A DNA stretch of 32,000 nt, taken from Pyrodictium abyssi (GTDB lineage Archaea; Thermoproteota; Thermoprotei_A; Sulfolobales; Pyrodictiaceae). Numbering within the stretch: position 1 is the stretch's first letter; each line of letters begins with the position of its first letter. Position numbers and translations under genes: made by a program. The notes beneath the pieces were generated by a model, which saw nothing but the letters and a program-made list of their open reading frames with translations, did not search any database and had not been told where the DNA came from. Positions 15,539-23,610 of this stretch are shown in pieces. The stretch spans positions 60,001 through 92,000 of the forward strand of contig NZ_AP028907.1 in NCBI RefSeq assembly GCF_036323395.1. The letters are read 5' to 3'.

Positions 15539-17200
15539 CTAGCTGGTGGTCTTGTAGATCGTGTAGTACTGTAGCAGCATTGATGGCCCGACCTTTACGC
15601 CCTCGACGTTCTTCTGTGTCACCACGTAGAGCTTACCCTGCAGTATCGGTATGAATGGCGCGTCCTCGGCTAGTATCTGCTGGACCTTCTCGTAGAGCTT
15701 TGCGCGCTCCTGCTGGTCTGTGAGCACTGCTGCCTCGTCTAGGAGCTTATCCACCTCGGGGTTAGCGTAGCCGGTGCCAGTCCACTTGTTGGCGCCGCTG
15801 TGGAGGAAGGGTGTCAGGAAGTTGTCGGGGTCTATGTAGTCGGGGTACCAGCCTAGTAGGGAGAGCATCATCTGGCCGCTGCGTAGCTGCTTGACGTATG
15901 TCGCCCACTCGCTGCTCTTTAGCTCCACCTCTATTACGCCGGTGCGCTCTAGCTGCTCCTTGATGAGCTGTGCTAGGTCTGCCTCGGTGTCGCCATAGTG
16001 GGTTGGCGTGTACCATAGCTCTAGCTTGAGCTTATTGTTCTCGTCGTAGCCTGCCTGCTTGAGCAGCTTCTTGGCTAGCTCTATGTTGGCGTCGCCGTAC
16101 TTCTCTTTGAACGCGTCTATGTGGCTCCAGAGGCCCTTGGGCACCATGCTGTAGAGCGGCTCCATTGTACCCATGAACACTATGTCTGCTAGCTCCTTGC
16201 GGTCTATGGCGGCCGCTATGGCCTGGCGTACTAGTTTCTCGCTAGTCGGCGCCATCTTCGTGTTGACTACTATGTAGCGTATGAAGCTGCCCGGGACCTC
16301 TATCACTTTGAAGCGGCTGTCCTTCTCTAGCTCGCGGTAGTCGTTGGGCCTTAGCGTCCTCCAGGCTATGTCTACCTCGCCGTTCTCGAGTGCTAGGCGG
16401 AGGGTCGTGGCGTCCTTGTAGAAGCGTATGACCACTGTGGGTGTCTTTGGCTTCTCGCCGTAGTAGTAGGGGTTGGCCTCAAGGATTATGTACTCGTCGC
16501 GCTTGAACTCCTTTATGCAGTATGGCCCGGCGCCGCCCCAGGTGGCGTCGCTCACTATCTGGTCGTCGGGGTACTTCGGGGATACCGGGAAGTATGGCGG
16601 TGTTGCTAGGACTGCTAGGAAGAAGCCGACAGGCTTCTTCAGCGTGAACTTGACCGTGTAGTCGTCTAGCGCCTCTACCTTCTCCACGAACTCTGTTACT
16701 AGCCAGGAGGGGTCTCCCTCTAGCTTCATCACTCTCTCTATGCTGCGTACAACGTTCTGAGCCTTGACCGGTGTGCCGTCACAGAACTTGGCGTCCTTGC
16801 GTAGGTGGAATATCCACACCTTGCCGTCTTCCTGTACTTCCCAGCTCTCTGCCAGGGCTGGCACTATCTTGTCCGTGCCGGGCTCGTACTTGACCAGGCC
16901 TTCCATTATGTTGTTGAGTACCTCCCATGTGAAGAAGTCGTAGGCGTTGGCAGGGTCTAGGTCTGTCACCTTGTCCGTCGTGCCTATCACTATCTTCTCG
17001 GCGAGCTTGGCGCCAGTAGCCGTGGCGGTCTCTGCTTGCTTGGCCTCGGTCGTCTCCGCGGGGGCCGTGGCTGTCCCGGTAGGCGTTGTTGTCTCGGCTG
17101 GCGCGGCTGGGGCGGGCTTCTCGCCGCCGCGTAGGAGTAGCGCTGCGCCTACTACTACGAGGAGTAGGACTATGCCTGCTATAAGCAGGTTCTTCTGCAT
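15539..17200 (-). CDS. ABC transporter substrate-binding protein, family 5 (Dpp/Opp/Nik-like), membrane-anchored with a Thr/Ala/Glu-rich linker
   Basis: Signal/anchor LLIAGIVLLLVVVGAALLL, then the linker APAETTTPTGTATAPAETTEAKQAETATATG, then a typical SBP_bac_5 body (IVIGTTDKVTDLDPA..., WYPDYIDPDNFL). Visibly more AT-rich than neighbouring genes. Confidence 0.9.
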   Translation of the reverse strand: MQKNLLIAGIVLLLVVVGAALLLRGGEKPAPAAPAETTTPTGTATAPAETTEAKQAETATATGAKLAEKIVIGTTDKVTDLDPANAYDFFTWEVLNNIMEGLVKYEPGTDKIVPALAESWEVQEDGKVWIFHLRKDAKFCDGTPVKAQNVVRSIERVMKLEGDPSWLVTEFVEKVEALDDYTVKFTLKKPVGFFLAVLATPPYFPVSPKYPDDQIVSDATWGGAGPYCIKEFKRDEYIILEANPYYYGEKPKTPTVVIRFYKDATTLRLALENGEVDIAWRTLRPNDYRELEKDSRFKVIEVPGSFIRYIVVNTKMAPTSEKLVRQAIAAAIDRKELADIVFMGTMEPLYSMVPKGLWSHIDAFKEKYGDANIELAKKLLKQAGYDENNKLKLELWYTPTHYGDTEADLAQLIKEQLERTGVIEVELKSSEWATYVKQLRSGQMMLSLLGWYPDYIDPDNFLTPFLHSGANKWTGTGYANPEVDKLLDEAAVLTDQQERAKLYEKVQQILAEDAPFIPILQGKLYVVTQKNVEGVKVGPSMLLQYYTIYKTTS

Positions 17201-17407
17201 ACCCTGCCCACCACGTTATAGTGTGTATCCATTCATACTAGCTGTCGTGAATGATACTCGATAGGAGGGATTAGAAAGTCTTCCCTTTGGCGGCGCCGGG
17301 GGACCCGCCTATCTCGCGGTCATACCGTCTTCCAGGCCCCGGTAGCCGGGCCCATGGGGATATAGTGCAGCGTCGTCGCCAGGCTTCTCCCGGGGTGCCG
17401 GGAGGGC

Positions 17408-19390
17408 TTGACCGAGGGCCATAGACCTATACCGGTTATGGTTGTTCTCCGTGGACGCGTCGCCGCGGCCCGTGTGCCGCGGGTTGGCTCGCGCTGGCTC
17501 GGCGGCCTCCTCGTGGAGCTGGAGACTGGTGCGCGGGTCCACCTCCTCATGCCCGGCGCTATCGCCCGGTGGCTGCAGAGGGGCGAGCGGGTAGAGGTCC
17601 GGTTCCTAGAGGAGCCGGAGAGCGTCGACGGGGTCTACGTGGCGCCGAGGGACTCCTACGAGCTCTGGAGGCTCTGGGGCGGCGAGGGCAGGGAGGAGAG
17701 GATCCAGGTCTGGCCCCCGTGGAGCCGGAGCGCTAGGCTCGAGCGGGAGAGCGTGCTCGGCGAGAAGGTCTACGAGTACCGCATAGTCGCCAGGGAGGCT
17801 GTCACAGAGGACGACTTCCGGGAGATAGTCGGGCTAGAGCAGTACCACTACGCTAGCCGGGAGGAGATAGTGGCTATATGGAGGTGCCCCGTCTGCGGCG
17901 GCTACGCCGAGGCAAACGTCCAGCCGTCGTGCCCCCGCTGCAACGTGCCCATGAAGCTCCAGGAGATACGCGGGAGCCTCCCCTCCAGCAGGTTCATGGT
18001 GCTCGAACTCGTCTCCAGGGAGCCCTACGAGCCCCGGATAGTAGCGTACGTGAGGGTTGACACGCCTATACCCTTGATGCACCGCCGTATAGTCCGGGAG
18101 GACGGGAGCATAGAGATAGAGCGGATGATAAGGGAGCGGGTGTTCCCTAAGGACTGGTTCCACCCAACGTTCTGGCCCCTGGCCTATACGCGGCGGGCTG
18201 AGCTGCGGAAGCGCTTCCAGGAGCTAGCCGGGCTCTACGGCTCTCGCCGCATAGCCCGCGCCGCCGTAGGCGAGGAGATAGCGGAGGAGGCCCTCCGCCG
18301 CGCTAATACTGCTGCCGCGCGTATAGCCCGTGTCGTGGTGCACCCTGACTACCGCGGGGACGGTATCGGCGTCCTCGCCGTCAGGATGGCGCTGGAGTGG
18401 ATACGGGAGCGCCGTATCCCCGAGATGAAGAGGAGGAAACACGTAGTCGAGACAATAGCCCAGATGGCTAGGTTCAACCCGTTCTTCGAGAAGGCCGGGT
18501 TCCGCTACATGTGGGACACTGCTAGCGGCCGGCCCGTGCTCATGTACCCGCTCACCGAGGAGGCCCGGAGGAGGATAGAGGAGTTCCTCGAGAAGGACCC
18601 CTACGCCCGGCGCCACGGCGGCAGGCTCTTCCGGCCGCGCTATGGCGGCGTAGAGCCGCTCGCTGGGCCAGTGAGGCTCGTAGACGTTACGAAGATCTAC
18701 CGTAGCGAGCTAGACGTCTCCCGTCTCCCGCCGGAGCTACAGGACGTGTTACGCGCCTTCGGCGCCGAGAGGAGGCGGGTAGAGCGCTATGTGCTACGCG
18801 GCACGAGCCTCGAGATACGCCCTGGCGAGGTAGTGGCTGTCGTCGGCGCCAGCGGTGCCGGTAAGACAACACTACTACGCATGATCATAGGCGCCGCGCT
18901 GGGCACGGGTGACGAGAGGTACCGGCCGAGCCAGGGCAGGGTCGAGGTACCGGGCAACGTGAGGCTAGCGGCTCTGCTGCCCGGCGAGATGGAGCCGGTG
19001 TTCCGGGACGAGACGCTGCTGGAGCACGTGGCCCGGAAGATGGACGACCCCGCCGCAGCCGTGGAGATACTCAACGCGGTTGGGCTGAGCGACGCCATAT
19101 TCTACCGTGCCCGGTTCGACGAGCTGTCAACCGGCCAGAAGGAGCGCGCCCGGCTGGCCAGCTTGCTCGCGGAGAGGCCCAACCTGCTGGTGATAGACGA
19201 GTTCACCGCGCACCTAGACCGGTTGACCGCGCAGAGGGTTGCCCGGAAGCTGGGCAGCCTAGCGCGCCGCGCGGGCATAACCCTAGTGGTCTCCACTAAC
19301 CGGCCAGAGGTGCTCCAGGCGCTAGCGCCGGATAAGGTGGTGCTAGTGGGCTACGGCACGGCCGTGGTCGCCGAGGAGCGGGCCCGGTAG
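17408..19390 (+). CDS. multidomain protein: N-terminal beta-rich region, GNAT acetyltransferase with inserted CxxC...CxxC zinc ribbon, and C-terminal ABC-type ATPase domain (COG2401-like architecture)
   Basis: Zn ribbon CPVCGG-x11-CPRC (nt 17885-17941). GNAT motif A RVVVHPDYRGDGIGVLAV (nt 18329-18379). Walker A GASGAGKTT (18845-18871), signature LSTGQ (19124-19138) and Walker B LLVIDE (19184-19201). TTG start at 17408, with an alternative in-frame ATG at 17438. Confidence 0.85.
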   Translation: MTEGHRPIPVMVVLRGRVAAARVPRVGSRWLGGLLVELETGARVHLLMPGAIARWLQRGERVEVRFLEEPESVDGVYVAPRDSYELWRLWGGEGREERIQVWPPWSRSARLERESVLGEKVYEYRIVAREAVTEDDFREIVGLEQYHYASREEIVAIWRCPVCGGYAEANVQPSCPRCNVPMKLQEIRGSLPSSRFMVLELVSREPYEPRIVAYVRVDTPIPLMHRRIVREDGSIEIERMIRERVFPKDWFHPTFWPLAYTRRAELRKRFQELAGLYGSRRIARAAVGEEIAEEALRRANTAAARIARVVVHPDYRGDGIGVLAVRMALEWIRERRIPEMKRRKHVVETIAQMARFNPFFEKAGFRYMWDTASGRPVLMYPLTEEARRRIEEFLEKDPYARRHGGRLFRPRYGGVEPLAGPVRLVDVTKIYRSELDVSRLPPELQDVLRAFGAERRRVERYVLRGTSLEIRPGEVVAVVGASGAGKTTLLRMIIGAALGTGDERYRPSQGRVEVPGNVRLAALLPGEMEPVFRDETLLEHVARKMDDPAAAVEILNAVGLSDAIFYRARFDELSTGQKERARLASLLAERPNLLVIDEFTAHLDRLTAQRVARKLGSLARRAGITLVVSTNRPEVLQALAPDKVVLVGYGTAVVAEERAR

Positions 19391-19475
19391 AGCCTTCACC
19401 CCCTCCATCACGTCTGTACCCATCCTAACCTGGGGGCCTGTCCTGGCGGAGAAACGTGGCCCGAAGAGGCTTGTA

Positions 19476-20687
19476 GTGATAACCGGGGTCTCTGGGGTAG
19501 AGCTGGCCCCGCTGCTGAGGCTCGCGGAGGAGCTGGGAGCCGCCACCGCGAAGTACGAGGAGTTCGTAGAGGAGGAGTTCAAGGCACCGATCTATCACGT
19601 GGCCGAGCTCCTGCTGGTGGACTATCGGCGCACGGCTGAGCGCTTCGAGAAGGCCTTCAGGAGGATGCTGGACAGCCTCTCAGGCTCCGAGGCCGCCGTG
19701 GTGGCCGCGCACGCCGCTTACTACCGGCGCAGCAACATAGTAGCTAGTCCGCTCACCGGGTTCGTGCACAGGCTAGCAGCGAGAGGCGAGGCCTCGGTAG
19801 CCATAGTGGACTACGTGGACGACTACTACCATATACTCTATCGGCTCGCCGACCGCGTAGCCCGGGGCGAGACCCCGGAGGTGGCCGGGTTCCAGGTCCT
19901 AGACCCGGCGGGGCTCCTCTACTGGAGAAGCACCCACCACAGCATAGCACAGCTGGCTGCGATACACGGCGTGGAGTTCTACGTCTACGCCTCGAAGCAC
20001 AGTAGGGAGGGCCACCAGCGGCTCCTCGCGATGCTCCTAGGCATGGAGCCGGATGGCGGCGGCAGCTTCCACACAGTCTACGTCTCCCACCCCATAACCA
20101 GGGTGCGGGCCCGGGCGCTCCAGGAGGGCGCGGCGCTGGACCGGTACCCCGACGCGCTCGAGATAGAGGAGTTCAAGAAGACGCTCGAGGAGAGCTGCCC
20201 CAGCCTCGTGGTCTTCTCGCCCACTACGGTGGACGAGCTGATCACGGACCCGGCTACGGGGAGGCTGAAGACCCGGATAGAGCGGAGCGAGCGCTGGCCA
20301 CACGGCGAGAACGGGCTCCACGAGTACCCCTACCCCGTAGACCTCCGGGACCGGCTATTCGACCTCCACCTATACCCTGTCGAGGATACCACCGGCAACC
20401 CGGGCTACATGAGCTACCTCCAGTCGCAGATCGAGGCCAGCATAGAGAGGAGAGACCTAGGCTACGTAGCCCAGGCAGACATGATAGTAGCCTACCGGCC
20501 AACCATGTACGGCGAGACGCACATGGGCGTAGAGACAGAGATAAAGACAGCCGTGGCCATGGCGAAGCCCGTGTACAGCGTAGTACCGAGGGAGGAGAGG
20601 AGCATAGCCTACCGGCTCTTCAGGTTCGAGTACCCCCTCAGCAGCATAGACGAGCTGCTAAGCGTGCTCCGCTGCCCCCGCCGCTAG
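19476..20687 (+). CDS. uncharacterised protein; the C-terminal ~175 aa possibly have a nucleoside 2-deoxyribosyltransferase-like (Rossmann-like) fold
   Basis: Clean 403-aa ORF whose GTG is the only canonical start, 85 nt after the upstream gene, with no AT-rich box between them. The C-terminal pattern TVYVSHPIT ... ADMIVAYRP..GETHMGVETEIKTAVAMAKPVYSV resembles the NDT/DUF4406 pattern (YxAGP ... aDxvva...D.Gt..E.G.A.a.gKPv). Confidence 0.65.
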   Translation: MITGVSGVELAPLLRLAEELGAATAKYEEFVEEEFKAPIYHVAELLLVDYRRTAERFEKAFRRMLDSLSGSEAAVVAAHAAYYRRSNIVASPLTGFVHRLAARGEASVAIVDYVDDYYHILYRLADRVARGETPEVAGFQVLDPAGLLYWRSTHHSIAQLAAIHGVEFYVYASKHSREGHQRLLAMLLGMEPDGGGSFHTVYVSHPITRVRARALQEGAALDRYPDALEIEEFKKTLEESCPSLVVFSPTTVDELITDPATGRLKTRIERSERWPHGENGLHEYPYPVDLRDRLFDLHLYPVEDTTGNPGYMSYLQSQIEASIERRDLGYVAQADMIVAYRPTMYGETHMGVETEIKTAVAMAKPVYSVVPREERSIAYRLFRFEYPLSSIDELLSVLRCPRR

Positions 20688-20933
20688 CCGGGAACAGCAC
20701 CGAAGAGAGCATTGAAGAGGACCCGCTACAGCTCCATAGTGCACTACAGCCGGGAGGAGAAGGCGGACACGGGGGTAGGGGGCCCGCAGCAGAAGCTAGC
20801 TAGAAGCCCCGGAGAACGCCCAGAGCCATCATACACCGAGCTCGCACCCGGCAGCCGTATTACCGACAGCCACAGGGTAGTGGGTAGTGTGCCACGTGAT
20901 AGCGGCCTAGACAATCCGGTTAGGGGCCGGGCA

Positions 20934-21287
20934 ATGCCGCAGATGAAGGCTTGCCTGGTCTGCCACGTGCCCTTCTACGCCGCGTTCGCCCTATTCGTGT
21001 ACATCGGCGCCAGTCATGCCCTAGAAGGGCAAGCCCAGCTAGCCGCTTTCTACCTCGCGAGCCTCTTCGCTACACTGGGGTCCGGGTACGCCTGCTGTAG
21101 ACGCTTCGGCGCAGACCGCCTTCCGCCAGCCGCTAGCGTGCTACGGGCCGTGTGGCCTGCGATCGCCGCACCCATAATACCCATCGGGGCAGCCATGTTG
21201 TGCTCTAAACAACTCGGGCCGGAACCAGCACTATGCCGTCTCCGACCCAAACTCGTTCTTCTACGCCGCGCTGCTAGTATACGCTAA
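20934..21287 (+). CDS. possible small membrane protein (117 aa from the ATG at 20934)
   Basis: Hydrophobic segments follow MPQMKACLVCHVPFYAAFALFVYIGA. The longer TTG-initiated ORF from 20712 has a polar, non-descript N-terminus. No family recognised. Confidence 0.3.
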   Translation: MPQMKACLVCHVPFYAAFALFVYIGASHALEGQAQLAAFYLASLFATLGSGYACCRRFGADRLPPAASVLRAVWPAIAAPIIPIGAAMLCSKQLGPEPALCRLRPKLVLLRRAASIR

Positions 21288-21406
21288 CGGAAAACTCCTC
21301 TACCGGATGTGCCCGGTCTGCACGAACCAAGCCATGCACAAGCATCAACCGTAGCACTTGAGGGTCCTCATTAGCGCTGTGCAGCAGGAGCTAGCCACTG
21401 CAGCGG

Positions 21407-21980
21407 CTAGAGCTGCTCCCGGAGCCTGGCTAGTGCCTCCTCGTGCTCCCGGGCCCACTTTCCTTCACGCTCTAGTCTGGGCTTAACCCTCTCCTCGATA
21501 ATCCCCACTAGTATCCTGGCTAAGCGCAGTATATCGCCCGCTGCTTCCTCGCGGCCCCGGTACTTCGATAGCTCGGCGTCGGGGTCCGGGCCGTGGTACT
21601 GGCAGTCGTGGAGATCGAGCGCGGTGCTTGTGAAGTGAGTGTAGTAGGTGTACCCGGAGTCCTCAACGAGGCTGCTAATAGCCTTCAGCCTGCTACTAGG
21701 CACTCGGGGTACTGCCTTCTCCGTGAACCATTTCCTCTGTTCCCCGCTGAGCCTCCCGAGTATCTTGTCCCTCTCTAGGGCAAGTATCGCAGCTGTTAGT
21801 GCCCTCCATGCCTGGTAACGCCTTCCCTGCAGCATTCCTCGTTAACCCTTCCTCGAGAAACCTTAGCGCCAGTAGGGCCTCGAGCGGTGCCTCAAGGATG
21901 CGGGCGGCAGCATAGCCTACGGGGTCTTTCCTCGGCTTTGGCAGCGGCCGGTCGACAGCTACAGTCTCCCTCGCCCACAA
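21407..21980 (-). pseudogene. PaREP1-family gene (copy 2) split by a +1 frameshift near 21816
   Basis: ORF 21696-21980 encodes the N-terminus (...PLPKPRKDPVGYAAARILEAPLEALLALRFLEEGLTRNAAGKA). ORF 21407-21835 in another frame encodes the rest (YQAWRALTAAILALERD...LHDCQYHGPDP...). Copy 1 reads GCGTTCCAGGCGTGG where copy 2 reads GCGTTACCAGGCATGG, i.e. one extra base. Confidence 0.7.
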
Positions 21981-22176
21981 GCCTTTACCCGTGCACAGAG
22001 TTATAGCTGCTCATGCATCGCCGGGCTTCATTGCCATTCCATAACGGTGTAAGTGTACGCACGGAAGTATTCCACGCAGTTATGCCAGCTCTGCCACGGC
22101 TGGCAACCACGCCTACAAGGCTCGCAGTACTCTAGTAGTCCTAAGGAGCTGCGCTGTCGGCAAAGCACCAATGGGG

Positions 22177-23592
22177 CTACTCTCGGCGCCTATCGTCCCG
22201 CCGGCCCGTCGGGGCCACACTCTGGGGCTGCGCTGGGACCGCTGCCGGGGGCTGCTGCGGCTGCCCTGTCGCCGGAGCCGGCGCTGGCCATGCCTGAACC
22301 GGCGGCTGGACTGGGACCGGGGGCTGGCCCTGGTAGGGCGGCTGAGGCGCCGCGTACGGGTATGGAGCGGGCTGCCACTGCTGCGGCTGCTGCACCGGGG
22401 CCGCGTAGTAGGCCTGGTACGGCTGCTGGGCCAGCGGCTGGACAGGGGGCTGCGGGTGTAGCGGCTGCTGGCCTGCCTGGTAGGCTGGCTGCTGGACAGG
22501 CTGGATGCCCGCCCCGGGTTGCTGACCCGGGGCCTGCTGTGGCCAGGCCTGGTAGCCGAGCCACTGCACCTGGCTGGGCTGCTGGACCGCTGGCGCCGGC
22601 GGCTGCACGGGGGGCTGCTGTGGCTGGGGCGGGGTGTAGGCCGGCGGCGCTGGTGGCTGCTCCTGCCGTGTCGTGGGCGGCTGTGCTGCGAAGGCGCGCT
22701 GGTAGGCTGCGCGTATGTCCTCGTCTAGTAGGTGGAGGTAGATCTGCGTCACCTTGATGTCGTGGTGGCCGAGGAGCCTCTGCACCACGGGGAGCGGGAC
22801 GCCGCGGCGGAGCGCCTCTGTGGCGAACGTGTGGCGGAGCACGTGGGGCCGGACACGGCGCGGGTCCAGGCCAGCACGGCGGGCCAGGGTCTTGAGCCTC
22901 TTGTAGAGCCCGCTGTAGCTTATACCGAGCAGGGAGTCGTCTGGGCCGAGCCCCGGGTTGACGGCCAGCCATATCGCCAGCGCCTGCTCGGTCAAGGGCC
23001 CGTAGAGGACTACCCGCTCCTCGCCGTACTTGGCGTTCCTTACGCGTATCTCGCGCCGCCTAGTGTCTATGTCGCGTAGCCGTAGCCCTACCGCCTCCTG
23101 GGCGCGGAGCCCCGTCTCGAAGAGCAGCGCGACTATCAGCAGGTCTAGGGGGTCGCGCGCAGCCGATACCAGCCGCTCGACCTCCTCAGGCCTTAGGGCC
23201 TCGACCCGCGGGCTCCGGGGCTTACGCACCACCGGGACCTTCACGCCTAGGCCGAGCCACTCTAGGAACCCGCGGAGGAACAGCGTGTAGTAGTGCATCG
23301 TGGTCTGCCGCTCCCTCCTCTCCTCCGCGGGGTCGCTGTCACGGCTCCGGGGCCTCTGGAGCCCGCGGGTCAGCCGGTCGTATATCCAGGCGGAGACGTC
23401 GCTGCTCGTTACCTCGCGGAGCGGCTTGCCCCCTATGAACGAGAGGAAGTCGCTTATCGCCGCCCGGTACGCCTTCACGGTCTTAGGGCTAGCGCCAGCA
23501 GCGGCCAGCGCCGCAAGGAACGCCTCCATAGCCTCCCTGTTGCCCCGCTCCAGGATCCCCGGCGGTGGCGGCGGCAGGTCGAACCGCGTCAC
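22177..23592 (-). CDS. xerA: tyrosine recombinase, XerA/XerC/D-like integrase, with a ~169-aa Pro/Gln-rich C-terminal extension
   Basis: SAM-like N-domain (SPKTVKAYRAAISDFLSF). Catalytic residues ETGLR (R163), NAKYG (K188), HVLRHTFAT (H250, R253), LGHHD and VTQIY (Y285). GTG start with a TATA-like ATATAG ~20-25 nt upstream. Confidence 0.85.
   Translation of the reverse strand: MTRFDLPPPPPGILERGNREAMEAFLAALAAAGASPKTVKAYRAAISDFLSFIGGKPLREVTSSDVSAWIYDRLTRGLQRPRSRDSDPAEERRERQTTMHYYTLFLRGFLEWLGLGVKVPVVRKPRSPRVEALRPEEVERLVSAARDPLDLLIVALLFETGLRAQEAVGLRLRDIDTRRREIRVRNAKYGEERVVLYGPLTEQALAIWLAVNPGLGPDDSLLGISYSGLYKRLKTLARRAGLDPRRVRPHVLRHTFATEALRRGVPLPVVQRLLGHHDIKVTQIYLHLLDEDIRAAYQRAFAAQPPTTRQEQPPAPPAYTPPQPQQPPVQPPAPAVQQPSQVQWLGYQAWPQQAPGQQPGAGIQPVQQPAYQAGQQPLHPQPPVQPLAQQPYQAYYAAPVQQPQQWQPAPYPYAAPQPPYQGQPPVPVQPPVQAWPAPAPATGQPQQPPAAVPAQPQSVAPTGRRDDRRRE
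22180..22686 (-). other. low-complexity Pro/Gln/Ala/Tyr/Trp-rich tail-coding region of the recombinase gene
   Basis: Residues ~303-471: AQPPTTRQEQPPAPPAYTPPQPQQPPVQPPAPAVQQPSQVQWLGYQAWPQQAPGQQPG...PVQPPVQAWPAPAPATGQPQQPP..., ending GRRDDRRRE. The DNA is a degenerate CAGCAGCC/GGCTGCTG-type repeat that also creates long spurious ORFs in other frames. Confidence 0.8.
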
Positions 23593-23610
23593 CGTAGAAC
23601 CCCTTAGACA

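Noticed and set aside
21316-21363. Tiny ORF MCPVCTNQAMHKHQP with a CPxC motif downstream of the 20934-21287 ORF
   Set aside because: It is only 15 codons from its ATG with a single CxxC pair and no partner motif. This is insufficient evidence for a zinc-ribbon micro-protein.
22053-22972. Long ORFs overlapping the recombinase tail region (22053-22757 +, 234 aa; 22190-22972 -, 260 aa; 22171-22461 +)
   Set aside because: They are Ala/Pro/Gly/Arg-rich translations of the same GC-rich CAGCAGCC-type repeat in other frames. They have no motifs and overlap a recombinase ORF with clear catalytic residues, so they are typical high-GC shadow ORFs.
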